Origin: Limnobacter sp.
Lineage (GTDB): Bacteria > Pseudomonadota > Gammaproteobacteria > Burkholderiales > Burkholderiaceae_B
Assembly: GCF_964228395.1 (NCBI RefSeq)
Contig: NZ_CAXQZX010000129.1
Coordinates: 21,466 to 85,465, forward strand
Direction: 5' to 3'
DNA length: 64,000 nucleotides
Shown: positions 21,162-30,536 of the stretch, piece by piece
Position numbering within the stretch: the stretch's first letter is position 1
Layout of the letters: each line of letters opens with the position of its first letter
Notes under the pieces: model-generated
Database searches by the model: none
What the model saw: the letters and a program-made list of their open reading frames with translations, nothing else
What the model was told of the DNA's origin: nothing
Position numbers and translations under genes: made by a program

Positions 21162-21818
21162 GTGGGTAGCGATGCCATCAATCCGATCGGGCTCATTGTC
21201 ACGATTGCGTCCCTCTCTTTGTTGCCTCTGGTGGCAGTGACCGCAACCTCTTTTTTAAAATTTTCAGCGGTTCTGCTCATCCTGCGCAACGCGATCGGCG
21301 TCCAGCAGGTGCCTTCCAATCTCGTTTTGTACGGCATCGCCATGGTGATGTCGCTGTTGGTGATGGGGCCTGTATTAACCGATGCTGGGCAGCGTTTTGC
21401 CCCCGGGGGCGCCATGCCAGTGACCGGCTCAGAAGTGTTGCAATCCATCAATGCAGCAGTTCCCCCCTTCAAAACCTTCATGCTGGCCAACACAAAAGCC
21501 GACTACCTAGAAAGCTTCCACGCCACCGCTCAACGGTTCCAGCAAAAATACAATGCACCGCCCATCGACAAAAACGACCTGTTTGTGGTGTTACCCGCCT
21601 TTGTTGCTTCAGAGTTGGCCGAAGCATTCCGAATTGGTTTGTACTTGTATTTACCCTTTGTGATCATCGATCTTGCTGTTTCCAGTGCGTTGATGGCCCT
21701 GGGCATGATGATGGTTTCACCCATGTCACTCACCGTGCCCGCAAAAATTGTTTTATTTGTCGCGGTCGAGGGCTGGGCCAAAGTGTTGCAAGGCCTTGTC
21801 AATTCCTATGTGGCCTAG
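21162..21818 (+). CDS. sctR: T3SS export apparatus protein SctR (FliP family)
   Basis: FliP-family motifs are present: SFLKFSAVLLILRNAIGVQQVPSN and LPAFVASELAEAFRIGLYLYLPFVIIDL. Confidence 0.95.
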   Translation: MGSDAINPIGLIVTIASLSLLPLVAVTATSFLKFSAVLLILRNAIGVQQVPSNLVLYGIAMVMSLLVMGPVLTDAGQRFAPGGAMPVTGSEVLQSINAAVPPFKTFMLANTKADYLESFHATAQRFQQKYNAPPIDKNDLFVVLPAFVASELAEAFRIGLYLYLPFVIIDLAVSSALMALGMMMVSPMSLTVPAKIVLFVAVEGWAKVLQGLVNSYVA

Positions 21819-21824
21819 CTCTGT

Positions 21825-22088
21825 ATGCTGATTTACTACGTCAAACAGGCCTTGTTTCTAACCCTGCTCATCTCTGGGCCTGTGGTTTTGGTCACCGCCG
21901 TTATGGGGCTGGTGCTGGGCTTTATGCAAGCAGTTTTTCAGCTTCAGGACCAAGCCATGCCCTTTGCACTCAAGCTGGTGGTGGTGGTCTTTGTATTGAT
22001 TGGTTTGGGGCCTTGGATGGCATCCAACCTGATTGAATACACTGACCAAATCTTCAGGTTGATCGCCCACAATGCAACCCGCACATGA
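21825..22088 (+). CDS. sctS: T3SS export apparatus protein SctS (FliQ family)
   Basis: It is 87 aa with two TM helices in a FliQ-like pattern. It sits between sctR and sctT. Confidence 0.9.
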   Translation: MLIYYVKQALFLTLLISGPVVLVTAVMGLVLGFMQAVFQLQDQAMPFALKLVVVVFVLIGLGPWMASNLIEYTDQIFRLIAHNATRT

Positions 22089-22885
22089 TCGATGAGCTAC
22101 AGTCTGCCGATGATGCACTTCGACAATACATCGCTGTGCTGATGTATTTTCTGCCCAGGTCTTTTGCCTTTATGTGGTTTTTCCCGGTGTTCAACAAAGG
22201 GGCCACAAGCACTCTGATCAAATCGGCCGTCGCTACGTCGCTGGTGCTTTACCCCGCGTTCTCAGTTGGCTTTCAAATGGATGCCGAAATTGTGGCGCCT
22301 AGCTTGACCGTCACTACGTTTTTAAGCGAGGTCATGCTGGGTGCCATGTTGGGTATGACGATATTCATGCCCTACGCTGCTTTCAAGGCGTTTGGCGCCT
22401 TTATCGAGGTGTTCAGGGGGGCAACCTTTGCAGCGCAGGCCACGGGGAACGACTCGGGTGAAGAGCTGCCGCTGGAGACTTTGTTCGGCTACTTGTTTGT
22501 GGCACTTATATTTGCTGGTCCGGGCTTGCATGCAATCGCAGTGCATCTGCTTAACAGTTACATGCTGATGCCGCCAGGCACGATTGTTACAGCATCGCTC
22601 ACAGACTGGGGGCTTACGCTGCTTCGAATGGTGGCTGACCACGTCTCTTTTGGCATGTTGTTGGCCGGTCCAATTTTGGTGGCCGTGTTGGTGGTTGAGC
22701 TGTGCGTAGAAATTGTTTCAGCCTTTGCACAGCAGTTGCAGGTCTACAGTCTTCAGTTTGGCCTGCGCAGTGTTTTTGGAATTGCAGCCTTGCTTGTCAT
22801 GCTGCATTACACTGAGGACGAAATCTTCCGGCTCTTTGCTCAATACAGCGACAACTTAAGTACCCTGTTGGGGGTGGCGCCATGA
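22085..22885 (+). CDS. sctT: T3SS export apparatus protein SctT (FliR family)
   Basis: It is a 266 aa polytopic membrane protein. It has ATGA overlaps with both neighbours and occupies the canonical position. Confidence 0.9.
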   Translation: MIDELQSADDALRQYIAVLMYFLPRSFAFMWFFPVFNKGATSTLIKSAVATSLVLYPAFSVGFQMDAEIVAPSLTVTTFLSEVMLGAMLGMTIFMPYAAFKAFGAFIEVFRGATFAAQATGNDSGEELPLETLFGYLFVALIFAGPGLHAIAVHLLNSYMLMPPGTIVTASLTDWGLTLLRMVADHVSFGMLLAGPILVAVLVVELCVEIVSAFAQQLQVYSLQFGLRSVFGIAALLVMLHYTEDEIFRLFAQYSDNLSTLLGVAP

Positions 22886-23943
22886 GCGGCGAAAAAACAG
22901 AAAAACCCACGCAAAAAAAAATAGACGATGCCCGAAAAAAGGGGCAGGTCGCCGTCAGTAAAGATGCCCAAATCGTGTTGAAGCTAGGTACCTTCTACGC
23001 ATTTCTGTTTTGGGTTGGCGGCAGTTACATAGAATATTTTTCGGAGCTACTTGATCTGATTATCAACGCAGGAGCGGTCGCTGATAAAGCCCGTGGTCAA
23101 GAAATTACCGACATGGCGCTTAAGGTGTTATTGCTCATCACGCTGCCCTTGGTGTTTGTGTGTGCAGTCATGGGCCTGCTGGCCACCTGGATGCAAATTG
23201 GCTTCTTGGTCGCGCCTGAGGGAGCAACGCCATCATTAAAAAAAATGAACGCCATTGGCAACATCAAAAATATGTTGTCCAAAAAATCCCTGGTTCAACT
23301 TATGTTGTCTGTCGTCAAAGTTTGTATTTTGGTTGGCCTGGGGTATTTGGTTTTTATAGGCAATTTGCCTGAAATGCTCTACAGCTTTCGCGTGGGCGTG
23401 CCGCAATTTCTCGATGTTCTCATGCTGATCCTGAAGCAGCTTGTCATGTATTCATTGGCGGTGTTTGTTATTTTGGCCTTAATCGATTGGACCATGGAAA
23501 AGGCACATTTAACCAAACAGCTCATGATGAGTCACCAAGACATTAAGGACGAATACAAACAGCGAGAGGGCGACCCCCGCCTAAAACAGAAGCGAAAGTC
23601 TATGCATCGCAGCCTATTGAATGCGTCTCTGAATAAGGTAGGTGGCGCGAAGGCGGTTGTGGCCAATCCTACGCATATTTCTGTGGCACTGGATTACGAG
23701 CCTGGCAAACATGATCTGCCGTATATTGTTTGCATGGGTGTTGATGAGGATGCCATGTTGATTCGAGAGGAAGCAAAAAAGCATGGCGTACCCATTGTGA
23801 CCAATGTCAAACTGGCCCGCATGTTGTACCAAGATTGTGACGAAGAGCAATATATCCGGAAGCAGCATTTGCAACTGGCTGCCGAAGTGTTTCGAACCGT
23901 GATGGAGTTACAACTTCGGCAAAGCAATATGAGCCAAAATTAA
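22882..23943 (+). CDS. sctU: T3SS substrate-specificity switch protein SctU (FlhB family)
   Basis: The N-terminus is MSGEKTEKPTQKKIDDARKKGQV. It has 4 TM helices, and the autocleavage motif NPTH is present (VVANPTHISVAL). Confidence 0.95.
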   Translation: MSGEKTEKPTQKKIDDARKKGQVAVSKDAQIVLKLGTFYAFLFWVGGSYIEYFSELLDLIINAGAVADKARGQEITDMALKVLLLITLPLVFVCAVMGLLATWMQIGFLVAPEGATPSLKKMNAIGNIKNMLSKKSLVQLMLSVVKVCILVGLGYLVFIGNLPEMLYSFRVGVPQFLDVLMLILKQLVMYSLAVFVILALIDWTMEKAHLTKQLMMSHQDIKDEYKQREGDPRLKQKRKSMHRSLLNASLNKVGGAKAVVANPTHISVALDYEPGKHDLPYIVCMGVDEDAMLIREEAKKHGVPIVTNVKLARMLYQDCDEEQYIRKQHLQLAAEVFRTVMELQLRQSNMSQN

Positions 23944-23983
23944 GGCCTATTCCCCCTGAGGTTGCTTAGGAGGAATAGGCCTT
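23942..23983. terminator. Stem-loop between the two convergent T3SS operons
   Basis: A perfect 12-bp inverted repeat (AAGGCCTATTCC ... GGAATAGGCCTT) with an 18-nt loop lies directly after the sctU stop. There is no strong U-tract, so terminator function is inferred from position. Confidence 0.5.
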
Positions 23984-24013
23984 GTAAGTTGCCTCTGGCG
24001 AAGGTTCTGGCGG

Positions 24014-25894
24014 CTACCCTTCAGAGCCCTCGGGCTGTGCCACTGGTGACACATCGCCGAGGGTAATTACCTTAACAAGAGAGTTCGGGTCTGGCATTTT
24101 GATGAATCCCGTGGTTTCTAAAATATACAAAGCTTGGTCAAGTTGGTCTTGGCTTATGTTGTTGATGTCCCAACCAAACAAATTAGCCATGATCTCGCCG
24201 ATTTGATTTTTGTGGGGAGCTAGCTCTGGAGAGTCTAGTTTATAAGCACCCCAGCGTGGGTCAGGTTTAATGCCAGCGTCCATCATAAGCCTAGCCCGCT
24301 CGGAGGGGTCGGCTATCCACGAAAAGGCGTTTCGACTAACCCAGACCTCTGCTTCGTGTTGCTCAATCACTTCGACGTTTTTCCCGCCTGCGCCCTGAAC
24401 CCCGCTTATGGAGTCTAACCCTTCGCGATTTCCAGCCCAAACCTTCATGGCAGCCAATATCTCTGTACGCTGCTCCTGCGTTAAATGCCCCAAGCCTGCA
24501 TCTTCCCAATGGCGGCTGTTTTCATTGAATATGGGCGGATCACCTACTAGCATCTTGGATATTTCATCGCTCACACTCTTGCCATAATATTTTCCATCTT
24601 TGTAAAGATTGGTATCACTCTTACGTTTTAGTACTGCTTCTAAATGATCAATCATCCTTTCCCCTGCCCCGTTGTGGGCATATACTAGGGTGTATGAGGC
24701 CCACCAAAATTCCTCGGCACTTTTGTCCTCAGGGGCCGGCTCGACGGGTTGCTCTTGGGGTGGTTTCACTGCGCCAAGCAAAGACTGGCCTTGCGGCGTG
24801 AGGCTAACGGCATTTGTGTTTTTATCAATGTGAACCAAGCCCATCACAACCAGGGTATTAAGATCTATCGCGTTAAACCCACCACTTTTCCCGCCCAGTT
24901 CGCTCATCAGAGCTACAACTTCATCGGGCAAATGCAGACCTGGTGGAAGTTCTGCGGATTCGCTCCGGTGCGACATGGCCGAATGAATGGCGCTGTAACT
25001 TTCAGAAATGGTGGTGAGCGCCCCAGCTGTGCTGGTCGGGTCCGCGGGGATCCAATTGCCCTCAGCATCAAAATAAGCACCCGCGGAACTAATGTAATGC
25101 TCTGTTTTGGGGTCGTTCAATTTGAATAAATTGCTATCAGGTATAAAACCCGTGCCCTCTTGGGCGAATACATGAAGTAGCGCTTTGCCCATAGGGCTGA
25201 TGCCCCAGCCGCTTGGCGAACCGCCAGCAGGACCATCAGCTATGCCCATTATTTTTAATACATTTAAGTGGCCCTCAGTGAATCCACCAGGAGGATTCTC
25301 GCCAAATACCCTGACCAACAACTCGCGCAATTCCGGGTCATCAATTGAATCCAGGTTGATCGGTGGCAAGGGGCTATCGGCATAATTCTCTGCGTAAATT
25401 TTTTGTGCAGAGCCGACATAACCATACGCCACTGCTGAGTTTTGTCGCAGTTGCTCTGGCGAGGCGTCGCCCAGGTCAATTTCGGAGCCGACAAATCCTG
25501 CGGTATTGCTAACAAGCACAGGCGGCCTACCTTGGTAAAACCCAGCAGCCCAATTGCGAATGTGCCCCATCATCTCGGCGGTGGGGCGCAATTGGTTGAT
25601 CTGGTTACCACCGTTGGATGGCCTGTATGGGGTGGACGGGAAGCCGTCGATTCCCGTAGCCTGATAACTAAACTTTAAAAGGTCTGCAAGGGTTACTTGA
25701 TCGATCGATTTGCCTGAAAGATTGGCAATCCAGGCCAATACCAGTTGGAGATCCTCCGGTGTTTCAGTCGCAATTTCATAATGGGACTGCATGTTTTTAA
25801 ATTGGAAGGTGGTACCGGCTGGGGCTTCCTGAGAAGACATTAGACTCGATCCGTGATCGGTTGCACCCTTCACTACATTGCCATTGGTCATCAT
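24014..25894 (-). CDS. 626 aa protein of unknown function, last gene of the minus T3SS operon (candidate secreted substrate or effector)
   Basis: It is a long ORF with an AGGA ribosome-binding site and starts 21 nt after the preceding gene. It has no signal peptide or TM helix, and I recognise no motif. Confidence 0.6.
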   Translation of the reverse strand: MMTNGNVVKGATDHGSSLMSSQEAPAGTTFQFKNMQSHYEIATETPEDLQLVLAWIANLSGKSIDQVTLADLLKFSYQATGIDGFPSTPYRPSNGGNQINQLRPTAEMMGHIRNWAAGFYQGRPPVLVSNTAGFVGSEIDLGDASPEQLRQNSAVAYGYVGSAQKIYAENYADSPLPPINLDSIDDPELRELLVRVFGENPPGGFTEGHLNVLKIMGIADGPAGGSPSGWGISPMGKALLHVFAQEGTGFIPDSNLFKLNDPKTEHYISSAGAYFDAEGNWIPADPTSTAGALTTISESYSAIHSAMSHRSESAELPPGLHLPDEVVALMSELGGKSGGFNAIDLNTLVVMGLVHIDKNTNAVSLTPQGQSLLGAVKPPQEQPVEPAPEDKSAEEFWWASYTLVYAHNGAGERMIDHLEAVLKRKSDTNLYKDGKYYGKSVSDEISKMLVGDPPIFNENSRHWEDAGLGHLTQEQRTEILAAMKVWAGNREGLDSISGVQGAGGKNVEVIEQHEAEVWVSRNAFSWIADPSERARLMMDAGIKPDPRWGAYKLDSPELAPHKNQIGEIMANLFGWDINNISQDQLDQALYILETTGFIKMPDPNSLVKVITLGDVSPVAQPEGSEG

Positions 25895-25915
25895 GATTCC
25901 TTTTTCTGAAAATGC

Positions 25916-26824
25916 TTAACCTGCACCTTGAGCAGCCGATTGTTGCGCGTGATTTGTTTGTTCGTAGAAGGACATTAATTGCTGGAAAATGGCGCGGGCT
26001 TCTTCCACCTCGGCGTTGGATCGCCCAGCTTCACGCTGGAAAAATGCATCCAGAAACTCGCCTGTAGCCGAAAATGGTTGAGTGATCAGGGCAAGCCCTT
26101 GTGGGCTGGTCCAGGTGTTGTTCATGGCGTCATTGAGCCTGGCATTGCGAGAATTGGTAGACTCGTTGCCTGTTTTGCCAGTGCCAGCATTTTGTGATGG
26201 ATCGGATGGGGGCTTGTTCTTGGTGTTCAAAGCGTTAAAGGCACCACCACCCAAACTTACTACGCCTGCAAACATGGCGGCACTAAACTTAGCAATGGCG
26301 CCGCGAAACTGCTCGTTGGCCGAGTCAATCATGCCGTCTTTTTGCACCTTGATCATTTTGGTGATCATTTGACGAACATCGGTACCCAGCGCATACATCA
26401 ACGCCATAAACTCGACGAAAATATTGCCAAAAGGGTGACTTGTTACAAGCACAGCACCATGACGCCCCTCGCCATCTGCTGGCCTCATAGAAAGAGATTC
26501 CTCTCCTTGAAGTACAAAGTCGATCTCCTCATCGCTTAGCCCCCACTTTTCTTTCATGTCTTGTCGAGTGATGGACGTCTGCCCTGAAATCACACTCAAA
26601 AATTGACGCACCTCATCTGGTTGCATGAATTCGTCTAAGAACCTCTCCGCCTGTTCGGCTGTTAAGCCTCGCTGATGCTGAAGGTAATTCATCATCTGAG
26701 TGCGTTCATGGTGGTCAAGTGGCTTTTGAGCCTTGGCTGCCCCACTGGAGGGCGGGGCGCCAGAGTCGTCGATCGCAAGGCCCGTTGGTTCAGGTGAAGC
26801 TTGAGGTGCAAGGGGATCGGTCAT
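25916..26824 (-). CDS. sctB: Putative minor hydrophobic translocator (SctB; YopD/PopD/EspB-like)
   Basis: It is about 302 aa with a single central hydrophobic segment (FSAAMFAGVVSLGGGAF) and a helical C-terminus. It lies directly downstream of the two-TM translocator. The call rests on topology and synteny only. Confidence 0.5.
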   Translation of the reverse strand: MTDPLAPQASPEPTGLAIDDSGAPPSSGAAKAQKPLDHHERTQMMNYLQHQRGLTAEQAERFLDEFMQPDEVRQFLSVISGQTSITRQDMKEKWGLSDEEIDFVLQGEESLSMRPADGEGRHGAVLVTSHPFGNIFVEFMALMYALGTDVRQMITKMIKVQKDGMIDSANEQFRGAIAKFSAAMFAGVVSLGGGAFNALNTKNKPPSDPSQNAGTGKTGNESTNSRNARLNDAMNNTWTSPQGLALITQPFSATGEFLDAFFQREAGRSNAEVEEARAIFQQLMSFYEQTNHAQQSAAQGAG

Positions 26825-26826
26825 CA

Positions 26827-27834
26827 CTAAATTCCTATGTTTATTTCTTGTTTGTCAAACAGATCCACCAAAAGATCCAAAAGGCGTTCCATATTTTGTT
26901 GAACGTCATTGACTCCATTCCAAATCATGTTGATGATGGTGGTAAGTTCTTCAATATAAGCTTGCTCGATGCCATAGGCCTTTAGGGCCTTGGCCAATTG
27001 AAAATTCAGCACCGCAATGTCGATATCCATGCCGGCTTTACCCATGTAAAGCAAGGTTTCGATGTACTCGGTAATTTTTGCGAAGGCATCAAATCCTGAA
27101 TGTTGGGGCGTGATGCCCAAATTGCCACCAAGCGATTGAAGGAAGGATCTTGAAGTACCGCCAGCAGCGCCTGCAGCGCCGGCTGTGCCCGATGTGGTCG
27201 AGCCACTGACGGCTGCGGCATGTGACGCTGCACTCGTGGCTGCACTTGCGCCTGGGCCACCCACCGCCTTACCAAGAGCCGAAATGCCCGATGCGGCTCC
27301 CCGGGTGATCAACAGAATGGCCACCGTTACCACGACGGCAGTGATCACTGCAGCCACCGCCGGTGGCAGGTGTTTGGATAGCTCTTGAATGACCTTGCCC
27401 ATAAATTGATCGATCATTGACTCCTTGCCTGCCGCCTTGGAGATCAATGGTTCAAGAAACATGGTGACGGCCATCACCGCCATGGCAATGGTCATGGGAG
27501 TGGGAACCACCACCGCGACCATGATTGAAAAAGCAGTCAAAATTGGCGCGAAAACCTTCATGAACTTCTCCATGGGGCCCTTGCGTTTCTGCTTCTCGAT
27601 TTCTTTTATATACTTGTCGACCTGCTCGCGGATCTGAGCCGCCTTTTGCCGCTCTGCCCCAGAAAGCCCCTCTATGTGTTGGCTAAGCGAGTCGCGCATG
27701 TTCTTCAGGGCACCCACCCAAAACTCGGCCATCAACTCATAAAAACCTTCACCCTCCGAGCTTTCAGCAACAACTAGAGATTCGCCCACGCGGGGATGAT
27801 CGCCAGCCGCTGCCTGTGGATTTGGCGTGTTCAT
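26827..27834 (-). CDS. sctE: Putative major hydrophobic translocator (SctE; YopB/PopB/EspD-like)
   Basis: It is 335 aa with an N-terminal coiled coil and two long hydrophobic helices (FAPILTAFSIMVAVVVPTPMTIAMAVMAVTMF and PPAVAAVITAVVVTVAILLI). The C-terminus is an amphipathic helix. Confidence 0.6.
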   Translation of the reverse strand: MNTPNPQAAAGDHPRVGESLVVAESSEGEGFYELMAEFWVGALKNMRDSLSQHIEGLSGAERQKAAQIREQVDKYIKEIEKQKRKGPMEKFMKVFAPILTAFSIMVAVVVPTPMTIAMAVMAVTMFLEPLISKAAGKESMIDQFMGKVIQELSKHLPPAVAAVITAVVVTVAILLITRGAASGISALGKAVGGPGASAATSAASHAAAVSGSTTSGTAGAAGAAGGTSRSFLQSLGGNLGITPQHSGFDAFAKITEYIETLLYMGKAGMDIDIAVLNFQLAKALKAYGIEQAYIEELTTIINMIWNGVNDVQQNMERLLDLLVDLFDKQEINIGI

Positions 27835-27842
27835 GAAATCAC

Positions 27843-29114
27843 CTATGCTACGTTCATTAGCGATTGAACATGTTTGTCGGCCTTGAATTCAATTACATCA
27901 GTCATCTTCTCTTTGATAACCTTAAGCTCTTGTTCCAGCGTATTAATTTGTGTTTGCATGGACGCAATCTTGCCTTCGAGCTCACTCATCAATTGTGCGT
28001 CGCCAGATTGATCTGCCTGCAATTTGGCTTCTTTCAATTGATCCAGCAAAATCTGTTTCGTACCCATATCGATTGCCTTGAGTTTGTAGACCGTCACAAT
28101 CGCGTGATCACCCAAACTGCCGTGTTCCTCGATGTGCGCAGCCGCTTCGGCCATGACAGAGATTTTTGCGTTGATGGCTGTCACGGCAACAGTGTCGCCG
28201 CGGCGAATAGCGTCAGCCCGCAGTGCTTCCAGTTGTTTAATGGCGTCTTCTACATTCTCTTGGGAAAACGACTCCAGATTGGTGATGTTTCTGGTCTCTG
28301 TTTCCCAAGCTTTGCTCATGGAGTGCTCATTGCTTGCAACATCGGCGCCTGCCAGTAAGGCGCGGTTGCGCGTACGTTGTGGGCTTGCCTGGTCTAGACC
28401 GCTGGCTTCAAAGTAGTTGTCCAGCGCTCCAAGTACACTCTTGCGCAAAAGTAAGTCATCTCCTTCCGGGTTGGGTGGTTCGGAGGGGGGCTTTGAAAGC
28501 TGGTTTTGAAGCTCTTCTTGAAGGTCTTTGAGCATAAGATCGGCGAGGTTGTACCCAGCATTTTCCAAACCATTGATGGCATCCAGCATTTTTTGAGCTT
28601 GCTCACGCGAGGAGCCAGAATTCTCTGCGCCCAAGGGCATTTGTTCGTCAATGACCGTCTGCGCTTTTTCAAGCACGCTCACTTTGCCACCAACCTCGGT
28701 TTGAGCTGCACTCACCAAGGCGGCCACCCCCACCTCCCCATGACCTGTAGCTGCGCTGATTGCCTCCAGTACTCCCAATCGACCTTTCTGCGAATTAAGC
28801 TCTTGCTCTAGCGGGGTAGCCCCAGCTTCTGGCCACTTAGCGATGGCCTGCTCCAATTTTTTGATGGTTATGGCCAAACCTTCGGTGCTTGGTCCATCTG
28901 CCACTTGGGCTTGGTCGCTTTGCAGCTGTTGCAAACGTTCAAGTAACCCGGTCGCTTGGTCCTTCGTGATAGTGCTCAGGTCAGTGATGCCTAACTCTTG
29001 CATTGCTTTGAGTAAGGCTTCATCCAATGACGGCGCTTGTTGCGTGGCTGTCAACTCAGGCGAACCAACATTTGTGGTGTTGGGGGGGGCGGCGTGCGTT
29101 GTTGCGTCTGGCAT
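27843..29114 (-). CDS. 423 aa coiled-coil hydrophilic protein (candidate needle-tip, filament or hydrophilic translocator)
   Basis: It is strongly helical, acidic and Gln/Leu/Glu-rich, with no TM helix. It lies immediately upstream of the two translocators. The assignment is by position only. Confidence 0.4.
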   Translation of the reverse strand: MPDATTHAAPPNTTNVGSPELTATQQAPSLDEALLKAMQELGITDLSTITKDQATGLLERLQQLQSDQAQVADGPSTEGLAITIKKLEQAIAKWPEAGATPLEQELNSQKGRLGVLEAISAATGHGEVGVAALVSAAQTEVGGKVSVLEKAQTVIDEQMPLGAENSGSSREQAQKMLDAINGLENAGYNLADLMLKDLQEELQNQLSKPPSEPPNPEGDDLLLRKSVLGALDNYFEASGLDQASPQRTRNRALLAGADVASNEHSMSKAWETETRNITNLESFSQENVEDAIKQLEALRADAIRRGDTVAVTAINAKISVMAEAAAHIEEHGSLGDHAIVTVYKLKAIDMGTKQILLDQLKEAKLQADQSGDAQLMSELEGKIASMQTQINTLEQELKVIKEKMTDVIEFKADKHVQSLMNVA

Positions 29115-29158
29115 GGTTATCTCTTTAGGCGATCTTACTATTCAAGGAAAAATGCTAA

Positions 29159-29764
29159 CTATTGACCCAGTAAGGCTTTTATCCCCTGGCCGCCGTTGGC
29201 GAGCTCTTGCTCGTAGTTGTTCTGCAAAGACTTAATTTGTTCAGTAAGTAGGGAGACTCTTTTGCCTTGCGGAATGACCTTGAGTTTTGCTTCTTCAAAG
29301 TAAGCATGTAGGTCTTTGGCTTCGGCTTCACTGAGCTTTTCGCCACGCAGTAATTTGCCGAGAGAGTTTTCTGTGGTGTCCGATTGTGGCGGGTGTGCCT
29401 TTTGGGCACGCATCACAAATTCGCGCATGTGGGAATTTAAGTTGATTACTTCACCATCTTTCCCTACGCTGAGAAGCCTATGAATTAGGTTGTCGGCCGC
29501 TGATTCCAAGGGCCCGTACTCTTCAGCCATCTCTGTTAAAGCCTGCATTTCCTCCCGCATTCTTTTGGTGCGGATTTCCGTGATGGAGGACAAAGCACCG
29601 CTGTAGTCGCCTTCGGCAATTTGGTTCAGCACAGCGAACCATCGTTTGACTTCCTCCCTTTGTTCGGGGCTTGCCTTATTCGAAGACTTTTGTGTGCCTG
29701 CCTGCTCGTCTACAACGCCGTTGGAATGATGAGATGCTGGCGCTTCAATAGAGGGGTTCCCCAT
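29159..29764 (-). CDS. 201 aa hypothetical T3SS-associated protein
   Basis: It has a strong ribosome-binding site (AGGAG 6 nt upstream of the ATG). It is helical, has no TM helix and shows no recognisable TPR pattern. Confidence 0.5.
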   Translation of the reverse strand: MGNPSIEAPASHHSNGVVDEQAGTQKSSNKASPEQREEVKRWFAVLNQIAEGDYSGALSSITEIRTKRMREEMQALTEMAEEYGPLESAADNLIHRLLSVGKDGEVINLNSHMREFVMRAQKAHPPQSDTTENSLGKLLRGEKLSEAEAKDLHAYFEEAKLKVIPQGKRVSLLTEQIKSLQNNYEQELANGGQGIKALLGQ

Positions 29765-29801
29765 GAACAGCTCCTGAAATGCGATTGAACCCTAAGATGG
29801 G

Positions 29802-29834
29802 CCTCAAGAAAGAACATGCAAGTATTTCTTGAGG
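29802..29834 (-). other. Intercistronic stem-loop
   Basis: A perfect 10-bp inverted repeat (CCTCAAGAAA / TTTCTTGAGG) with a 13-nt loop sits in the 81-nt gap between the 85 aa gene and the 201 aa gene. Confidence 0.4.
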
Positions 29835-29845
29835 TGTTTGAAGAT

Positions 29846-30103
29846 TTACTGCATGGCGCGTTCAATAATGCGCTTGGCTTCGTCGCTAATTGTTTTAGCA
29901 ACATCAATCACAGCGCTCACCGAACCAAGAACTTCTTTCAGATCTGTGGCCAAGAGGACAATTTGCTCTGGTGTAACGCCTGCTTGTGTAATCCCTTCTC
30001 TGAATCGGTTAATAGCCGCCTCGCGTTCTGCGGTGGCTTGGAGCAACATGGCTTCCTGTGCAGCGTTGTCAGCGTGACGGCTATATGCTTGGGGGGCACC
30101 CAT
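29846..30103 (-). CDS. 85 aa helix-turn-helix type small T3SS protein (needle or filament paralogue, or needle co-chaperone)
   Basis: A GGAG ribosome-binding site lies 7 nt upstream. Two predicted helices are separated by QAGVTPEQ. The C-terminus is AKRIIERAMQ. Confidence 0.5.
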   Translation of the reverse strand: MGAPQAYSRHADNAAQEAMLLQATAEREAAINRFREGITQAGVTPEQIVLLATDLKEVLGSVSAVIDVAKTISDEAKRIIERAMQ

Positions 30104-30149
30104 AAAGTTCTCCTTAACTCATCAATTGAGTGTTTAAGTTGCTCTTAAT

Positions 30150-30299
30150 TCAGCTGCTTTCTTTTTTATCGTGATCCTCTTCCCCGTGAATCCAGGAGGG
30201 CGTGATGATATCCTCTGTGCCATAAGAAAGAATAACGGCGTCCAGCAAGGGGTTTTCTGCGGGCGCCGCGGGAGAGGGAGGTAATCCTGGAATCGACAT
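30150..30299 (-). CDS. Unlisted 49 aa small ORF (MSIPGLPPSPAAPAENPLLDAVILSYGTEDIITPSWIHGEEDHDKKESS)
   Basis: It falls below the ORF-track size cut-off. I translated it manually; a GGAG lies 7 nt upstream of the ATG at 30299, and it fills the gap between sctF and the 85 aa gene. Confidence 0.35.
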   Translation of the reverse strand: MSIPGLPPSPAAPAENPLLDAVILSYGTEDIITPSWIHGEEDHDKKESS

Positions 30300-30309
30300 G
30301 GTAGGCTCC

Positions 30310-30525
30310 TTATTTATTGACAATACTTTTTAGTGGCTCGGTAAGGTCTTTCATTAAACCCGAAGCGAGTTGCCACATTGCAGTCATCATTCCGACTTCA
30401 TAGTTCAATGCGGGTCCGTCTGCGATTCGGCTTCCAAAATCTGGCATGGCCAACATTTGCTTGACATTGCTACCGTGTCGATCTGCAAATTGCAGTACTT
30501 TGTCGCCGGCTTGAATGACTTCCAT
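30310..30525 (-). CDS. sctF: T3SS needle filament protein SctF (YscF/PrgI/MxiH-like)
   Basis: It is 71 aa with a strong AGGAGG ribosome-binding site. The helix-turn-helix with DGPAL turn and the C-terminal W..(S/A)..MKDL....IVNK pattern parallel YscF (DNPALLADLQHSINKWS..SMKDLMQGILQKF). Confidence 0.8.
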   Translation of the reverse strand: MEVIQAGDKVLQFADRHGSNVKQMLAMPDFGSRIADGPALNYEVGMMTAMWQLASGLMKDLTEPLKSIVNK

Positions 30526-30536
30526 GGGGTTTCCTC

